Virus record (IMG/VR): IMGVR_UViG_3300027763_000081
Coordinates: 1-50,780 of that record
DNA from: a virus
Lineage: Duplodnaviria; Caudoviricetes
DNA: 50,780 bases
Direction: 5' to 3' (one strand)
Shown one piece after another: positions 17,794-25,918 of this stretch. The notes under the pieces were generated by a model. That model saw nothing but the letters and a program-made list of their open reading frames with translations, was not told the origin of the DNA and did no database searches. The first letter of the stretch is position 1; the number at the start of each line of letters is the position of its first letter. A program made the position numbers and the translations under genes.

Positions 17794-19455
17794 ATGTCTG
17801 TTAACTCACCCTTTTACGCAACTGCGGGTTCTCTGTTTGATAAGCAGAGCGACCGCATCCAGGAGGTCCTGAACAAGAACATTGAGATGTTCTTGCCGGC
17901 CCTCGATCCCGCCTGGCGTGACACCTTTGTCACCAGCCAGGGTGTTGGTCCTGCTTCGCTCATCGGTCGTGACCTCAAGATCCTCAAGATCTACATGGGT
18001 TCGATGGCCGGTGTGCTTGACATGGCCGACACTCGTGACAACTTCGTGCTGTACGGCGACAAGACCGTGACGGACATTGGTGCAAAGCTGCAGCAGCAGA
18101 CGAACACCAACACCTGGCCGGACGCCACCGATGGCGCGATGGCTCGTCCGTACCGTCTCGGCGTCGGCATGAAGGCCATGGTTTCCAACCTGTACATGTC
18201 GCTTGGCGAGATGACTGCGGAAGCCACCCCGGCCTTCATCGGCGAAGTGATCGGTCCGAAGCTTGAGGGTCATGCGCGCCTGATGGCGCACACCCTCTGC
18301 AACTACTGGTACCTCGCGGAGAACAACAGCTACCAGCTCGGTAGCTGGACGAACGCCAACAGCGCGGACTACCAGTACTCGACCGACTTCTTTACCACCT
18401 CGACCGTTCCCACGTGGACCAACGCCGGTACCGCTGTGACCAACAACACGGTTCGTGCGCTGAAGGTTCTGGTGGCCGAGAAGAGCATTGACCGTTTTGC
18501 AGTGGGCATGCGCGTCGATATCTTCGACAACAGCTCGCCGCAGATCCGTCTCAATGACTCTCAGTCCGCTGCCGCTTCCCAGACTTCCGCAACGCGAGTC
18601 GCGGCTTGGGTTGCTGCGGTTGACGAAGTCAAGGGTCAGGTCACCATTGCCTTTGGCGCTGGTCTGAACCTGGGCGCAACCACCACCTACTACGTCTACT
18701 TTGCGAATGCTCGCAAGCTGAATAGTGGTGCGGCTGCTTCTGCCAACGGTTACGGCTTTGCCGGTATCAACAGCTGGCTCCGTTCCGGTGCTGCTGGTGC
18801 TTCCGACGGTAGCCAGTACCTGCTTGGTGGCGACCGTGACACGTCGAACCAGATCGACGTGAACGTGCACCCCGAGTTCCGTTCCTACTTCAAGACCTCG
18901 GTCGGTACCCTGACTGAGCACAAGCTCCGTCAGTACCTCCGCGGCTTCCACCGTGCGAAGGAGAAGTACGGCCAGTACATCGACTGCCTCATTGCGAGCG
19001 ACGGTGTGTGGCTGAACTACGAAGCCCAGAAGATCGGCCAGTACATGCTGGACCGCACCAACCGCCTGTCGAGCCTCACCAACGAGGGTTCGCAGGAGGG
19101 CTTCAAGTTTTCCTTCGACGGACGCACGTACAGCGGCTACACCTCGAATTACATCGAGGACGGCACGGTGTACGGCATCCGCAAGGGTGGCGCCAACTGG
19201 AAGAAGTACGTTCCGCCGTCCCCCAAGGGGACCCAGAAGTTCGACAAGGCGGAAGGCTTCATCCCCTTCGAGTTCGTCGGCCCGTCGCTGGGCTACGCGG
19301 ACGTCAAGGTGCCGATCCAGCGCGTGTCTGGCAACAGCACGTTGGTGACGGAAGGCATGCAGATGCCGGGCATGCTGCGTATGCAGCTCGTCCCGGATCA
19401 GCCGGCCGGTCTGAAGCTCACCGGTGTTACCACCGACCGCCAGTACGGCGAGTAA
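17794..19455 (+). CDS. Major capsid protein with a large insertion domain
   Basis: AAGGAGG RBS, strong codon bias, position after scaffold, downstream terminator, HK97-like C-terminal pattern. Confidence 0.85.
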   Translation: MSVNSPFYATAGSLFDKQSDRIQEVLNKNIEMFLPALDPAWRDTFVTSQGVGPASLIGRDLKILKIYMGSMAGVLDMADTRDNFVLYGDKTVTDIGAKLQQQTNTNTWPDATDGAMARPYRLGVGMKAMVSNLYMSLGEMTAEATPAFIGEVIGPKLEGHARLMAHTLCNYWYLAENNSYQLGSWTNANSADYQYSTDFFTTSTVPTWTNAGTAVTNNTVRALKVLVAEKSIDRFAVGMRVDIFDNSSPQIRLNDSQSAAASQTSATRVAAWVAAVDEVKGQVTIAFGAGLNLGATTTYYVYFANARKLNSGAAASANGYGFAGINSWLRSGAAGASDGSQYLLGGDRDTSNQIDVNVHPEFRSYFKTSVGTLTEHKLRQYLRGFHRAKEKYGQYIDCLIASDGVWLNYEAQKIGQYMLDRTNRLSSLTNEGSQEGFKFSFDGRTYSGYTSNYIEDGTVYGIRKGGANWKKYVPPSPKGTQKFDKAEGFIPFEFVGPSLGYADVKVPIQRVSGNSTLVTEGMQMPGMLRMQLVPDQPAGLKLTGVTTDRQYGE

Positions 19456-19494
19456 AGTCCTCCCTGAGGCCCCGTCTAAGGACGGGAACCACGC

Positions 19495-19534
19495 CATCCC
19501 CCTGCATCTTCGGGTGCAGGGGGATGTGTATTTT
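19495..19534 (+). terminator. Intrinsic terminator after the capsid gene
   Basis: CATCCCCCTGCA/TGCAGGGGGATG stem with cUUCGg loop, then TGTATTTT. Confidence 0.85.
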
Positions 19535-19557
19535 GGAGATGTCCGTATCATGTAAGC

Positions 19558-20001
19558 ATGGCCGACAAAGAAAACCCGTTGTTCAACGCCCCGAAGACTG
19601 AAGGTGCCAAGCCTGCGCCCCAGATGCCGCCGTCAGCCGGTGGTCGCAAGTGCGGTTGCGTTGAGAAGTTGATGAGCGCCCAGCAAGCGCTTCGTCTCCA
19701 GCATTGGATGACCAAGTCGCACGCCGAGCACAAGGCTCTTGGCAAGATCTACGAGGGCTTGGACGAACTCGTTGATAGTTTTGTGGAGACGCTGATCGGA
19801 GCCAAGGGACGCGAAGTCCTTTCCGGCATCTCCTCGCTTTCCGTTGGTGGGGATGTGCAGAAGATCCTGTCGGACTTTGAGAGCACGCTGCGCAATGAGA
19901 TCCCGAAGGACGTTGGTGACAAGGAAACTGCGCTCCTAAACATCCGCGATGAGATGCTTGCGCTTCTCCAGCGCACCAAGTACCTCCTGACCCAGAGCTG
20001 A
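19558..20001 (+). CDS. Ferritin/Dps-like four-helix protein (DUF5856-like)
   Basis: HWMTKSHAEHKALGKIYEGLDELVDSFVE and LLNIRDEML...KYLL. Confidence 0.8.
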   Translation: MADKENPLFNAPKTEGAKPAPQMPPSAGGRKCGCVEKLMSAQQALRLQHWMTKSHAEHKALGKIYEGLDELVDSFVETLIGAKGREVLSGISSLSVGGDVQKILSDFESTLRNEIPKDVGDKETALLNIRDEMLALLQRTKYLLTQS

Positions 20002-20003
20002 CC

Positions 20004-20252
20004 ATGGCAAAGAAGTCTTTCCAGTTCAAGGCAAAGCACAAGAACCCGCTCGGTGGCTTGAGCGAATTGGGCCGCAAGGCTTACAATCGCGCCACTGGCG
20101 GACATCTTCAGCGCCCGCAGCCTGAAGGTGGTTCCCGCAAGAAGTCGTTCTGCGCCCGTATGCGCGGGATGAAAAAGAAGCTGACTAGCAGCAAGACGGC
20201 GAACGATCCCAACTCGCGCATCAACAAGAGCCTGCGCGCCTGGAAGTGCTGA
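20004..20252 (+). CDS. Small basic phage protein (DUF6321-like)
   Basis: KNPLGGLSELGR...RKKSFCARM...DPNSRINKSLRAWKC. Confidence 0.8.
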   Translation: MAKKSFQFKAKHKNPLGGLSELGRKAYNRATGGHLQRPQPEGGSRKKSFCARMRGMKKKLTSSKTANDPNSRINKSLRAWKC

Positions 20253-20386
20253 TGAAACGCAATCCGCTCAACTCGCTGGTAGGGAACATCAACAAGCGTC
20301 GCAAGCTTGGGATCTCGCGCCCCAAGTCCAAGTCAACCGTCAGCGCGAAGTCTTACGCTGCCATGAAGAGCGGCTGGAAGAAGTGA
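20252..20386 (+). CDS. Lys-rich peptide A1, 44 aa
   Basis: MKRNPLNSLVGNINKRRKLGISRPKSKSTVSAKSYAAMKSGWKK; TGATG coupling; paralogue at 20974. Confidence 0.8.
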   Translation: MKRNPLNSLVGNINKRRKLGISRPKSKSTVSAKSYAAMKSGWKK

Positions 20387-20388
20387 CC

Positions 20389-20457
20389 ATGAAGAAGATG
20401 ATGAAGAAGGAGTCCTACAAGTCTCCTATGGCCGCGCGGAAGCGATGGGGGTGCTGA
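20389..20457 (+). CDS. Lys/Met-rich peptide B1, 22 aa
   Basis: MKKMMKKESYKSPMAARKRWGC fills the gap between its neighbours exactly. Confidence 0.6.
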   Translation: MKKMMKKESYKSPMAARKRWGC

Positions 20458-20458
20458 C

Positions 20459-20971
20459 GTGGATTCGATGAAGGGAATCATCGCCGCGATAAGGAACGAG
20501 TCCGGTCGCCAATGGATGGACATTGCCAAGGGCGTGAATCCTGCTCCTCGCGATTCATCTGTCGAGCAATCGTTTGGATTTAAAGTTCGCAAGGAAAACG
20601 ATAAAGAGCGTCAATTCTTCAATGGCAGACCGGACGTAGCCGGATACGCTGCTGAAGACAATTCGATTGTTGTCAATCCGTACAACGAACATATGCGGGA
20701 TCCAAACAAACGGCGTGGGCTTATCAACATTGAGGGCGCACGTTTGTACATTCGGTCGCGAAACTACAAGGCGGCAGACCTCCCTGATTTGACGAAGGAT
20801 CAGCGCAAGTTCCTAATGGAACTTCCTTCGCCATCCGGTAAAGACAAGGGATACTCAACCGATGAACTTGATCTTCGCGCAACTGCGCTATCTCGTTACA
20901 TCGGCGGCGACACAAGTTTCCCGAAGTGGAGCAACGAGCAGATCGCGTTCGCAAAATCTCTCATAGAGTGA
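20459..20971 (+). CDS. Hypothetical accessory protein, possibly a degenerate zincin-like fold
   Basis: 170 aa, visibly lower GC than its neighbours; VAGYAAEDNSIVVNPY...INIEGAR. Confidence 0.7.
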   Translation: MDSMKGIIAAIRNESGRQWMDIAKGVNPAPRDSSVEQSFGFKVRKENDKERQFFNGRPDVAGYAAEDNSIVVNPYNEHMRDPNKRRGLINIEGARLYIRSRNYKAADLPDLTKDQRKFLMELPSPSGKDKGYSTDELDLRATALSRYIGGDTSFPKWSNEQIAFAKSLIE

Positions 20972-20973
20972 AC

Positions 20974-21096
20974 ATGGCGAAGAACTCGCTGGTTGGGAAC
21001 ATCAACAAGCGCAAAAAGCTTGGGATCAGCAGACCAAAGTCAAAGTCCACTGTGGACGCGAAGCAGTACGCAAAAATGAAACGAGGTTGGAAATGA
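20974..21096 (+). CDS. Lys-rich peptide A2, 40 aa (paralogue of A1)
   Basis: MAKNSLVGNINKRKKLGISRPKSKSTVDAKQYAKMKRGWK. Confidence 0.8.
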   Translation: MAKNSLVGNINKRKKLGISRPKSKSTVDAKQYAKMKRGWK

Positions 21097-21257
21097 AGAT
21101 GTCTAAGGACCCCATCAAGTCAGTCAAAGACAAGATTTACAAGGCCGAAAAGGGCAAGGGCTTTGGCGGCGGCATGGGCAAGAAGTGCTCGTGCGGCAAG
21201 GCCGGATGCAACTGCGGCAAGAAGATGAGTGGCCTCTTTGGCAAGAAGGCGTACTGA
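21093..21257 (+). CDS. Lys/Gly-rich peptide B2 with CxC-x4-CxC, 54 aa
   Basis: MKMSKDPIK...KKCSCGKAGCNCGKK...AY; ATGA coupling. Confidence 0.7.
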   Translation: MKMSKDPIKSVKDKIYKAEKGKGFGGGMGKKCSCGKAGCNCGKKMSGLFGKKAY

Positions 21258-21258
21258 C

Positions 21259-21417
21259 GTGGCGAAGGGATGGATCGGCAAGGTCGTGAAGGACATCAAG
21301 CGGCGTGGCACCGAAGGTGTGTGCACCGGCGCAAAGATGGGTGGCCCCACCTGCCCGCCTGGTAGCAAGCGGTACAACCTGGCCAAGACGTTCAAGAAAA
21401 TGGGCAAGAACCGATGA
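21259..21417 (+). CDS. Small basic protein, 52 aa
   Basis: GTG start, MAKGWIGKVVKDIKRRGTEGVCTG...CPPGSKRYNLAKTFKKM; ATGA coupling to the next gene. Confidence 0.75.
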   Translation: MAKGWIGKVVKDIKRRGTEGVCTGAKMGGPTCPPGSKRYNLAKTFKKMGKNR

Positions 21418-21944
21418 CCGAGATTGAGATCACGTTTGACCCGAAGTACGAAGCCGCGTGCGCTGGTCTTGCCATGTATGGCGACCACGAGATCATGCCG
21501 GACGGCGACTGGATCCGTTTTGCGCGCCGCGTCACCGGCATCCCGGAGCTGTTTCTGTATTTCCATCGACGCACTGGCAACTTTGTGCTGGCCAAGTGGC
21601 TGTTCAAGCCGGACGTGTGCCTTGAGCTTGAGACGTTTCCTGTTGCTCCGGACCGTGGTGGCTGGATGTCTGCCGATGAATTGAAGGCCCGTTGCAAGCC
21701 GGTAGACGACACCGTGCGCGCTGTGAAGGACAAGATGCGTCAGGCCAGCAGCGAACGCAAGTCCGCCATGGATGACGACGCTACCCAGCGCGCCGAGGCC
21801 GTGAAGATGCTGCGCCGCAAGGGCAACGAACGTGAGGCTTACAAGATCGAGAACGGCATGACGCCGTGGGTTGGCGCCCGCAAGGGTGGCGAATCGTACG
21901 CTCGCACGTGCGAGACTCTGCGCCAGATGGCAAAGGCAAACTGA
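21414..21944 (+). CDS. Hypothetical protein
   Basis: 176 aa within the operon. Confidence 0.8.
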   Translation: MTEIEITFDPKYEAACAGLAMYGDHEIMPDGDWIRFARRVTGIPELFLYFHRRTGNFVLAKWLFKPDVCLELETFPVAPDRGGWMSADELKARCKPVDDTVRAVKDKMRQASSERKSAMDDDATQRAEAVKMLRRKGNEREAYKIENGMTPWVGARKGGESYARTCETLRQMAKAN

Positions 21945-21945
21945 C

Positions 21946-23103
21946 ATGGACGAAACAGGTGGATTCATCCAGACCGTCATCGACCGTACGCGTGCGTACC
22001 TGGACGATCCATCGCTTGATGCGAAGTACGACGACAACTTCCTTGTGAAGCATGTCATCAGCCCCATGTTTGCGTCAATTGCATCGCGCATCAACAACTC
22101 GACGAGCAACCCGATAAGCGTCTGGATTCCGTTTCCGCTGACCCAGGGCACGCAGTACTACTCACTGCCTCCGTGTGTCGGCGAGGTGTGGCGTCTTGCC
22201 ATCCGCAATGACGACAACTACGTCAGCCGCGAGGCAATGCCGCGCACAGAGTGGCACTACCGCGGACCCAATTGGAAGGTCGAAGGCAACATGATTGTGT
22301 TCAGCCCAACGCCCGATCAGGATTACGATGACATCGAGCTGCAGTTCATGCACAGCGGCGAAGTGATGCCGTTCCGCATTGGTGCTACTTTGATTGGCCC
22401 CCCAACTGTTACTGGTATTACGGGTACTGCCGGCCAGTTTTCCTGCACTACAACTACTTCACTGCTTGTTGGTCAGGCAATCACCATTACTGGAACGTAT
22501 GGTGGCAGCGGATCCATTTCCAACTACACCAGTGGAAAGACGTACTACATCATTGCAACCAACGGTACGACTACGTTCACGTTGTCTGAAACCGAAGGAG
22601 GCACTGCAATCACAACTACGGTAGGAACCCCCACTGGCTTGACGTACACGGTTGCTGCGGACACCCTGGTGTTTTCAATAACTAACACGCCTCAGGTTGG
22701 CGTGATTGACCGCCGGGACAACGCATATCTAGGCAGCATGGTTCGCATCCTGACCAGCACCGGCATTGTTGAGGAACGGATCATCTCCAAGTGGACGAAG
22801 AACAGCACGCTCTTCCAGACGAAGGTGCGCTTGCCGTTTACTTACGCCGCGGCTGGCTCCGTGACCGTTGAGTACGCGCCGTTCGGTCTTGAATCGCTCT
22901 ACGAGGCGGTTGCTGTTGGTGGGGCCATCAAGCTCGGGACGTACAAGAAGATCACCGCGTCGCAGTTCCAGATGCTGCAGATGCAGTACAAGGATGCAAT
23001 GAAGACCTGCATGGATCACTTCAGCAGCCAGCAGATGCGCACTGGCAAGTACTTCGAGCGCAACACGGCAGACAACAAACTCAACGACTGGCGGAACATC
23101 TAA
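21946..23103 (+). CDS. Head-tail adaptor (tail tubular A-like) with an inserted Thr-rich beta domain
   Basis: LTQGTQYYSLP and IVFSPTPDQDY motifs; ATG 21946. Confidence 0.65.
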   Translation: MDETGGFIQTVIDRTRAYLDDPSLDAKYDDNFLVKHVISPMFASIASRINNSTSNPISVWIPFPLTQGTQYYSLPPCVGEVWRLAIRNDDNYVSREAMPRTEWHYRGPNWKVEGNMIVFSPTPDQDYDDIELQFMHSGEVMPFRIGATLIGPPTVTGITGTAGQFSCTTTTSLLVGQAITITGTYGGSGSISNYTSGKTYYIIATNGTTTFTLSETEGGTAITTTVGTPTGLTYTVAADTLVFSITNTPQVGVIDRRDNAYLGSMVRILTSTGIVEERIISKWTKNSTLFQTKVRLPFTYAAAGSVTVEYAPFGLESLYEAVAVGGAIKLGTYKKITASQFQMLQMQYKDAMKTCMDHFSSQQMRTGKYFERNTADNKLNDWRNI

Positions 23104-24125
23104 TGGCAATTCCTGGACAGGAAGACCAGGAGGGTGGCGAACAGTGGGACGCGCTAAGCGCGATGAACCAGTTCCCAAACCCAAACAAGTTCCTGCTGCG
23201 GAACATCTTTGGCACGCAGAACCTTGGTTGGTCGTCTGGGCTTGGTGCCGCACCGTTCTCGTACAACTTCAGCACGGCAACGGTTCCTGCCACCAACTTT
23301 GGTATCCCTTGGGTTCCCGGTCCGCAGATGGGTTGGAGCCCTACCAATATTTCGATTATCAACTCTGGTGGCGGTTTTGGTGACAACCCAATCAACGGCA
23401 CAAATGGCACCAACGGGACCAATGGGTCTGGCGGTGCAGTGTCTGTCCGGTACTACACCGGAAGCGGTGACGTGACCGTCAACCCATGTAACGAGATCTA
23501 CTTTGATTTTCCTGCTACGTATGTCTTTGACGATGGCAACGGCACGGTCACCGTGCAGTCGCCCAGCGGTTCTGTTGGAACTCTGACTGCTACTGCTCCG
23601 CTGACGGGCGGCGGAAACATGGCGTCAAACCGGACTGTTGGCCTGAGCTACGACAGCACGGATTCGTTCCAGTTGTCTGCTGGAACCACGCTGCAGCTGA
23701 AGACGATTACGGTGACTGCGCCGTCGGATGCCGGTGCAGTGACCGCAATTACGACCGACAACTTTGGCCGAGTCACGTCATACACCAGGCAGTTCCACGG
23801 GGTCTACAAGATCACAAGTTCGACATTTGTGAGTCCGGGGCACTGGGAATACGCCATGATTGAGCAGTCCACACTTGGTGGAACGTGGCCGTTCTTCCAG
23901 AGTGGCAGCAACACGATCACGGCGTACAACCTGCTTGAGACCGCCAACACCTCATCAACCGCCTACGGGCTTCCTGCGGTTGGCACGGCGGCTCCGATTG
24001 AGCTGACAAGCCAGGAAGACTACAAGGTGTACCCGGTCCCCACCAACATGATGGTGGAAGTGTGGAAGTGGGGCAGCAGGTACTTCTTCTCGGCACCCAA
24101 CAAGATTGACGGCGTCTGCCCATGA
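23103..24125 (+). CDS. Putative tail fibre / appendage protein
   Basis: NGTNGTNGTNG repeat, TATAPLTGGG and ITTDNFGRVT fibre motifs. Confidence 0.7.
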   Translation: MAIPGQEDQEGGEQWDALSAMNQFPNPNKFLLRNIFGTQNLGWSSGLGAAPFSYNFSTATVPATNFGIPWVPGPQMGWSPTNISIINSGGGFGDNPINGTNGTNGTNGSGGAVSVRYYTGSGDVTVNPCNEIYFDFPATYVFDDGNGTVTVQSPSGSVGTLTATAPLTGGGNMASNRTVGLSYDSTDSFQLSAGTTLQLKTITVTAPSDAGAVTAITTDNFGRVTSYTRQFHGVYKITSSTFVSPGHWEYAMIEQSTLGGTWPFFQSGSNTITAYNLLETANTSSTAYGLPAVGTAAPIELTSQEDYKVYPVPTNMMVEVWKWGSRYFFSAPNKIDGVCP

Positions 24126-25507
24126 TGAACCTGCTTGTCCGGAGGAAGTGCTGCTGCACCGGTGCGCCAGTCAAGCAGTGGACTGCTTCTGTGTGTACGC
24201 CTTCTGGTTCTTGCGTCCGCACGTGCGCTGGATCTATTGCAACGTGCATTCTGACAATTACGTTCTGTGATTCGTACCGCCAGACGATTGGTCTGCCTGA
24301 TGCGCTGGATCCGACGAAGTGCTACATCATGGTTCTTGGTGGTTGCTTGTACGTGGTGAACGACTTCACCTATGTCTCTACGTGCGACTCAACGCCAACA
24401 TCCACACGGAACATCGGCACGCTTTACGGAATCTATGACAAACCGGTGGGGCTGGGTTGTGACACGCTGTGTGCATCGCTTCAGTCAACTCACACGTATG
24501 GCCCGGAAGTCTGGATTGGCGGCATTGCGTGCGGCACGGATATTGTGTTGACGTACCCGTGGACGAACGCTAGATGCAGCAATGTTGGTGGGGAAGAGTG
24601 CAGTGCAACGCCATTCGACCCTTGTCCAAAAAAGGTTGGAACCATTGCAACCACGCACAACCTTGGCAGTTTTCCTGTTGGATTTGCCTGGCCCCCAACC
24701 CAGTGCTCTCCGGAAATTGCAAATTGCGTTGACTGCATCTATCAGAATTCAAATCCACAATCTAATGCTTGGTATTTCAACGAACAGATTTCAAGCAATT
24801 ATTGTGGATCATCAAATCCATTTGGTATTTGCGTAACACCATCTTGTTCTGTAAGTGAATATTTTCAATGTGCAATCAACCAAACAGATTCTTCTTTGTG
24901 GACGTACTCGTTTGGATTTTCAATCACGCGTAGTTGCGTTTACCCGTTTGGTGATGGCACTGGATGGGTAGCTGGTGGTCCAGGGACAAACTACATCAGC
25001 ATTGACAACTGCTTGTTTGGATTGAATACTGGTTGTCGGTCATTGGTTCTTGCTAACAAAATCAATAATGTTCTTAGCCAGGCATCGCAGGTTGGATCAA
25101 CTACGTTTACTGCAACCGGAACCAACGCATGGATTGGCCAGGCTTGCAACGCTATTCCCGGTGCTGAATGTGATTCTTGTGTGTCTGGAATTTATGAATG
25201 GGATGGCCCGTACTACACCAACAGTGGTAGAACTGCTACTTGGTATGCGGCTCCAGTCGCAACTTACATTTTTAATTCAACTCTAAGTACAAGAAATTAC
25301 TCTTATAACTATCCTGGAGGATGCGGTTGCACCGGAAGTGACTTTGGTGGAATTATTGGTTATTACGTTTCTACCAATCAGGCCAGCGGAATTATTTCCG
25401 GTCCAGTGATTGAGTATGGATCGTCGTTGACTGGTGGGTCATTTGCAATGACTGATGATCCCGGTGCTTCCAACCCTCCTTGCTGCCCAGCGCCCACCAT
25501 GTCATGA
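24122..25507 (+). CDS. Cys-rich putative receptor-binding / tail-tip protein
   Basis: 34 Cys in 461 aa (manual count), N-terminal RRKCCC, AT-richer central and C-terminal part. Confidence 0.7.
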   Translation: MMNLLVRRKCCCTGAPVKQWTASVCTPSGSCVRTCAGSIATCILTITFCDSYRQTIGLPDALDPTKCYIMVLGGCLYVVNDFTYVSTCDSTPTSTRNIGTLYGIYDKPVGLGCDTLCASLQSTHTYGPEVWIGGIACGTDIVLTYPWTNARCSNVGGEECSATPFDPCPKKVGTIATTHNLGSFPVGFAWPPTQCSPEIANCVDCIYQNSNPQSNAWYFNEQISSNYCGSSNPFGICVTPSCSVSEYFQCAINQTDSSLWTYSFGFSITRSCVYPFGDGTGWVAGGPGTNYISIDNCLFGLNTGCRSLVLANKINNVLSQASQVGSTTFTATGTNAWIGQACNAIPGAECDSCVSGIYEWDGPYYTNSGRTATWYAAPVATYIFNSTLSTRNYSYNYPGGCGCTGSDFGGIIGYYVSTNQASGIISGPVIEYGSSLTGGSFAMTDDPGASNPPCCPAPTMS

Positions 25508-25908
25508 GAATCAGCATCAACGGCAAGATCATTGAGAGCGTGGACTGCCAGTCGTGGTCTCTGGACGTCGACCATCCGTTCTGCCACAGGGGGTTGGACG
25601 TAGCTGGGTGCGGTACGTGCTCTGTGCGGGTCGAGCGGACGAAGGCCCCACCTGCCAAGATGCTGCAGAAGGCGGCGTCGTGGGTCAAGGCCGAGGTCAG
25701 CCGGTACACGCAGGAGCTGGCAGAGGGGCAGTACGAGGCGCGTCTGGCGACCTGCCGGGCGTGCGAGTTCCTGAATCCCCGAGAGGATCCGCAGGTGGGG
25801 TTCTGCAAGGCATGCGGTTGCGGGGAGAGCGCCAGGGCAGAACTAACAATCAAAGGAAAGATGCCGGCCGCCACTTGTCCGAAGGGGAAATGGCCGGTTG
25901 TACCGTAG
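25504..25908 (+). CDS. Cys-cluster metal-binding protein (DUF6171-like C-terminus)
   Basis: RLATCRAC...CKACGC...ATCPKGKW plus N-terminal Cys residues; ATGA coupling. Confidence 0.75.
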   Translation: MRISINGKIIESVDCQSWSLDVDHPFCHRGLDVAGCGTCSVRVERTKAPPAKMLQKAASWVKAEVSRYTQELAEGQYEARLATCRACEFLNPREDPQVGFCKACGCGESARAELTIKGKMPAATCPKGKWPVVP

Positions 25909-25918
25909 AATGTGACCG

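Noticed and set aside
14995-19551. Long antisense ORFs (680 aa at 14995-17037, 581 aa at 17806-19551)
   Set aside because: They mirror the portal and capsid genes. Codon bias in GC-rich genes removes antisense stops, and the products have no motifs.
23393-23425. NGT repeat as a CRISPR-like or VNTR repeat
   Set aside because: Short coding repeat with varied codons, typical of fibre proteins.
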